The notes beneath the pieces were generated by a model that had not been told where the DNA came from, searched no databases, and saw only the letters and a list, made by a program, of their open reading frames with translations. This document shows positions 60,916 to 64,000 of a DNA stretch of 64,000 nt, piece by piece. The translations under genes and the position numbers were made by a program. The stretch is taken from the NCBI GenBank assembly GCA_001600815.1, contig BCKZ01000002.1:763454-827453 (forward strand). The letters run 5' to 3'. This DNA is from Alloascoidea hylecoeti. Its lineage: Eukaryota. Within the stretch, counting starts at the first letter, position 1. Each line of letters begins with the position of its first letter.

Positions 60916-61914
60916 AATATATATATAATATTATCAATTGCTATAGAAAATGTTAATGGATAGACTTCAAAATGTTTTCAAAGTATGATTGCAACTCTAG
61001 TGGTAAACTTTTCGACGACACTTGGAATTAGGATATAATCTCTTTATAAAACTGTTCTTCGGTTTAAATTTATGATTACCATTATAAATGTATACGTATA
61101 AAGCATTTGTCAATATTATCAGGTTGTGGTTATATTACATGCTTACTAGGAAACTAATGTTTCAAATATGGTTCAACTCTATATCTATAATATTCTATAT
61201 AGATATTAGCTCACCTCATGATATAATAGTGCCCTATTATCCTTACCAATATATCGGTGATTCGGTATTTAGCCTAAATTTGAAGTAAAGGGGTTGTTCC
61301 TGCCATCATGCGCATCGACTACGTATATTTGATGCTCTTCCCATTTTAAAATAAATTGTTCACCATAACATCTATACTATTCAATAGTCTTATTATCCAA
61401 GTAACTTTCATATCAGTATATTGGAAATCATAGAAATCCACAGTTAAGGCGTGTAACTGCATAATACATGCTTATTAGGCTGTCTCCACATAAACTTTAA
61501 ATAATTTTTTTTTTACCAAAAGGTCAGTTTGCATTAGTTTCATGAAAAGTTCACACGGGTGTTAAATGACCTAACTAATCATGCACACATGAGTGGAAAA
61601 ATCACGTGAGTATATATTACGATATTTATAGAAATATGTATTGCTACATATTACTATATTCAACTTATATGCTCATGAATTGCATATGTAGATCATATAA
61701 TTGCTTGTCATAGCCTCGTGCATGCATCATCAACATGACATAGTACTTGACTAAATGTTATTGTCATTTTGACGGACCACGACCCATGAGAGTTGCATGA
61801 GACCATAATTGCATATTGCATTTAATTACATAAATGTTGCATTATGATGCGCTAGTTATGTCACCGGTGGCCAGCCTTATATATCGTAACATGATCGGCT
61901 ATCTGTAAGCTTGC

Positions 61915-62397
61915 ACATTCTTTCCACTTAATTTCGGCCATCGGTTATAGTAGACGCCACTAGACGGTTTAAACTATAATCGGCCATGTGGTAAATAAAT
62001 ATTGTCGTGACTCTAAGTAAATATAGAAATAAAAATGAACAGACCAAAAGCCAGCCTCCACAGAAAATCTAGGGAATTGGTAATTACCCTTAACCTCTAA
62101 TCGGATTAATCAATTAATGGTCTCTTAAACTCAGATACGCAACCTTCTATCACACTCAAGTCAGGAGGGAATGCCAACCAGAGTAAGACCTTAAAGCCAC
62201 CCAAAATAATAATTCTAGTTTTTTACTAACAAAAGGGCATAGTTGTATACTAAAAGAATGAGTTCCATTCGAGATATCATGAAGTGTTTCTTTCCCTGAA
62301 CTTTCCAATGATATATCAAAGTTTTGGTAGCAGCTTAATAGTATTCGGCCACTGTGTATTTATTCATCGCGTGGCCGAAATTAAGTGCAATAACTGC
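61915..62397. mobile_element. MITE family B, full-length copy (~480 bp), pogo/Fot1-like TIRs
   Basis: Perfect 16-bp inverted repeat CACTTAATTTCGGCCA (61925-61940) / TGGCCGAAATTAAGTG (62372-62387); subterminal TCGGCCA repeats; no ORF. Confidence 0.75.
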
Positions 62398-63284
62398 ATA
62401 AATTCCTAAGGAAATATAATATTGAAAATTCCAAGAGCCACCTAATCTACGTAGCTACTACTATAAAATATACTGATCTGTCTGTTCCATAATACATGTT
62501 ATCTAAAATATTCGTAACTACACATTATAATCCCAAAATTTAAACATCTAGATCGATATCATGAACTCAGCTCGAGTAAAAATCTATAATATTGTTATTA
62601 TTCTTTTATGGTACTTACGAACGTTCGTACATGTTAGATAAATAATATATCTGCCCTTTATTGGATCGAAGGATAGAAAATCAGATTAAACCTTTGTAAT
62701 CAATATGATACTTATCTAATATAAAATATAAGCGAACAAATAATCTAAATAGACACCGGTTTCGTTAAGAAAACGGTATAATACAGAGACACCTCAATAT
62801 ATATATACTATATAGTCTATTATACATAATTATTTTTACTACCCTCATGGCCATGGTAGGGGCGTAATAGAGTCTCATATAATAAGTAGTATAGTCATTA
62901 TATTCATACTTTTATGTTTGATTGCTGTAAGCCTTATAGAATATAATTAATATGAGTTATTTATACTAAAGATGGTTTTTGTCTCTGTGTATTAGTTAAT
63001 TAAAATAGCACACATTTCTTTTTTTCATGTACCACAATTGCAATTTTTTATGATCATATTGGAAAATCGCTGTTGTTTTATATTATACCTCTTTCAATTC
63101 AGCGCAATTTTCCAGTAATCATATTTCTAGAATATTGTGGAATATATAAATTCTAACCACTTTAAATTTCACTGATTGAGAAGGTGCACTAGCAACGCTG
63201 CAGGTATAACAATAGGAAACTGCAGCCTACACATATTTATTTCAACTGAATTTTTTTTCTCTCTTTCACTAATAATACTATAAT

Positions 63285-64000
63285 ATGTCAGAATCGAATA
63301 ATCATCTCATAAAGGAAAGAGAAGGACAGTCACCATTTAATGCCTATTCAATTCATCAATGTATTTTTATTGATGGGTATTATATGGCATGTAAAACAGA
63401 AGGTGGTGCATCCAATTTATTGCACTTAAAAGGCTTGGATTTCAAAAATTTTACTTATTATCTAACTCAAATTCATGTGAATAAATTAAAGCTAAATAAG
63501 CAAAATGTTCGCATTCACTTGGAAATTGCTGTTTTTATATATGGAGCTATAGAAAGTACCAGAGAACCTGGTTGGACCAAAATCACTACAGATAATCATA
63601 ATAAATGGATTAAAGAAGTATTAGATAACCAGTCTCAATATCACAGTTGCAAGTTGTTAATAATGACCAAGAAGTATGAAGAATCTGAAATTACTACTCG
63701 CCAACCAATACAGGATAAATTGGATAACTTTTCCAAAATTGCCCTCTCAAATGCCGACGACTTCTTGTTATCAGCAAAAGCATGCAGCAAAAGACTCGGC
63801 AAGCAGTTCATGTCAAATAGTACCATTTTGGCTAATAATATTGCAAACTCAGTCCCCATAGTTGAATTAAAAGGTAAATGTAAAATGTTGAAGGGGTTAA
63901 TTGCTGAAACCTTCGATGCTGAAGCAAAAAATACGAAAGCTTGTTTAGACGAAATTAGAAAAAAAGTGGAAGAACAAAATTTTTTCTTTTCTGATACATC
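63285..64000 (+). CDS. Partial ORF running off the window (at least 238 aa), unknown product; not in ORF track
   Basis: ATG at 63285 then 238 stop-free codons to the window end: MSESNNHLIKEREGQSPFNAYSIHQCIFIDGYY...EEQNFFFSDT. Confidence 0.75.
   Translation, partial: MSESNNHLIKEREGQSPFNAYSIHQCIFIDGYYMACKTEGGASNLLHLKGLDFKNFTYYLTQIHVNKLKLNKQNVRIHLEIAVFIYGAIESTREPGWTKITTDNHNKWIKEVLDNQSQYHSCKLLIMTKKYEESEITTRQPIQDKLDNFSKIALSNADDFLLSAKACSKRLGKQFMSNSTILANNIANSVPIVELKGKCKMLKGLIAETFDAEAKNTKACLDEIRKKVEEQNFFFSDT

Noticed and set aside
1..64000. tRNA, rRNA, CRISPR arrays or prokaryotic defence systems
   Set aside because: No cloverleaf with A/B boxes, rRNA sequence or repeat-spacer array seen; the window is eukaryotic.

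Overview
Eukaryotic, very AT-rich (roughly 30% GC by eye) budding-yeast (Saccharomycotina-like) chromosomal DNA in the standard code (CTG sits at conserved Leu positions in PIS1). It carries about 23 intact protein-coding genes: SYS1, DRS1, LMO1, APA1/2, a Sos7/Kre28-like kinetochore gene, a Pex11-fold/Pex36-like gene, MIC10 (absent from the ORF track), TUM1, SEC11, PRP40, a JEN transporter, CLP1, RPL21, APC5, an F-box gene, RIX1, PIS1, a TRP-like membrane protein, an ATG21/18 PROPPIN, an NADP oxidoreductase and three orphans. There is also a frameshifted GPI cell-wall gene and a partial ORF at the right edge. I reconstructed 11 short spliceosomal introns by hand. Long intergenic regions hold transposon debris (a Tc1/mariner relic, a LINE endonuclease relic, two MITE families) and a 175-N gap. 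The most striking unexplained structure is a sharp GC peak (about 60-67%) centred on compact divergent promoters, with a G-to-C skew switch and about 10-13% GC troughs roughly 1 kb away inside the same ORFs. Intergenic DNA also looks rich in short perfect palindromes. I saw no tRNA, rRNA or CRISPR. Family assignments come from motif recognition without database searches.
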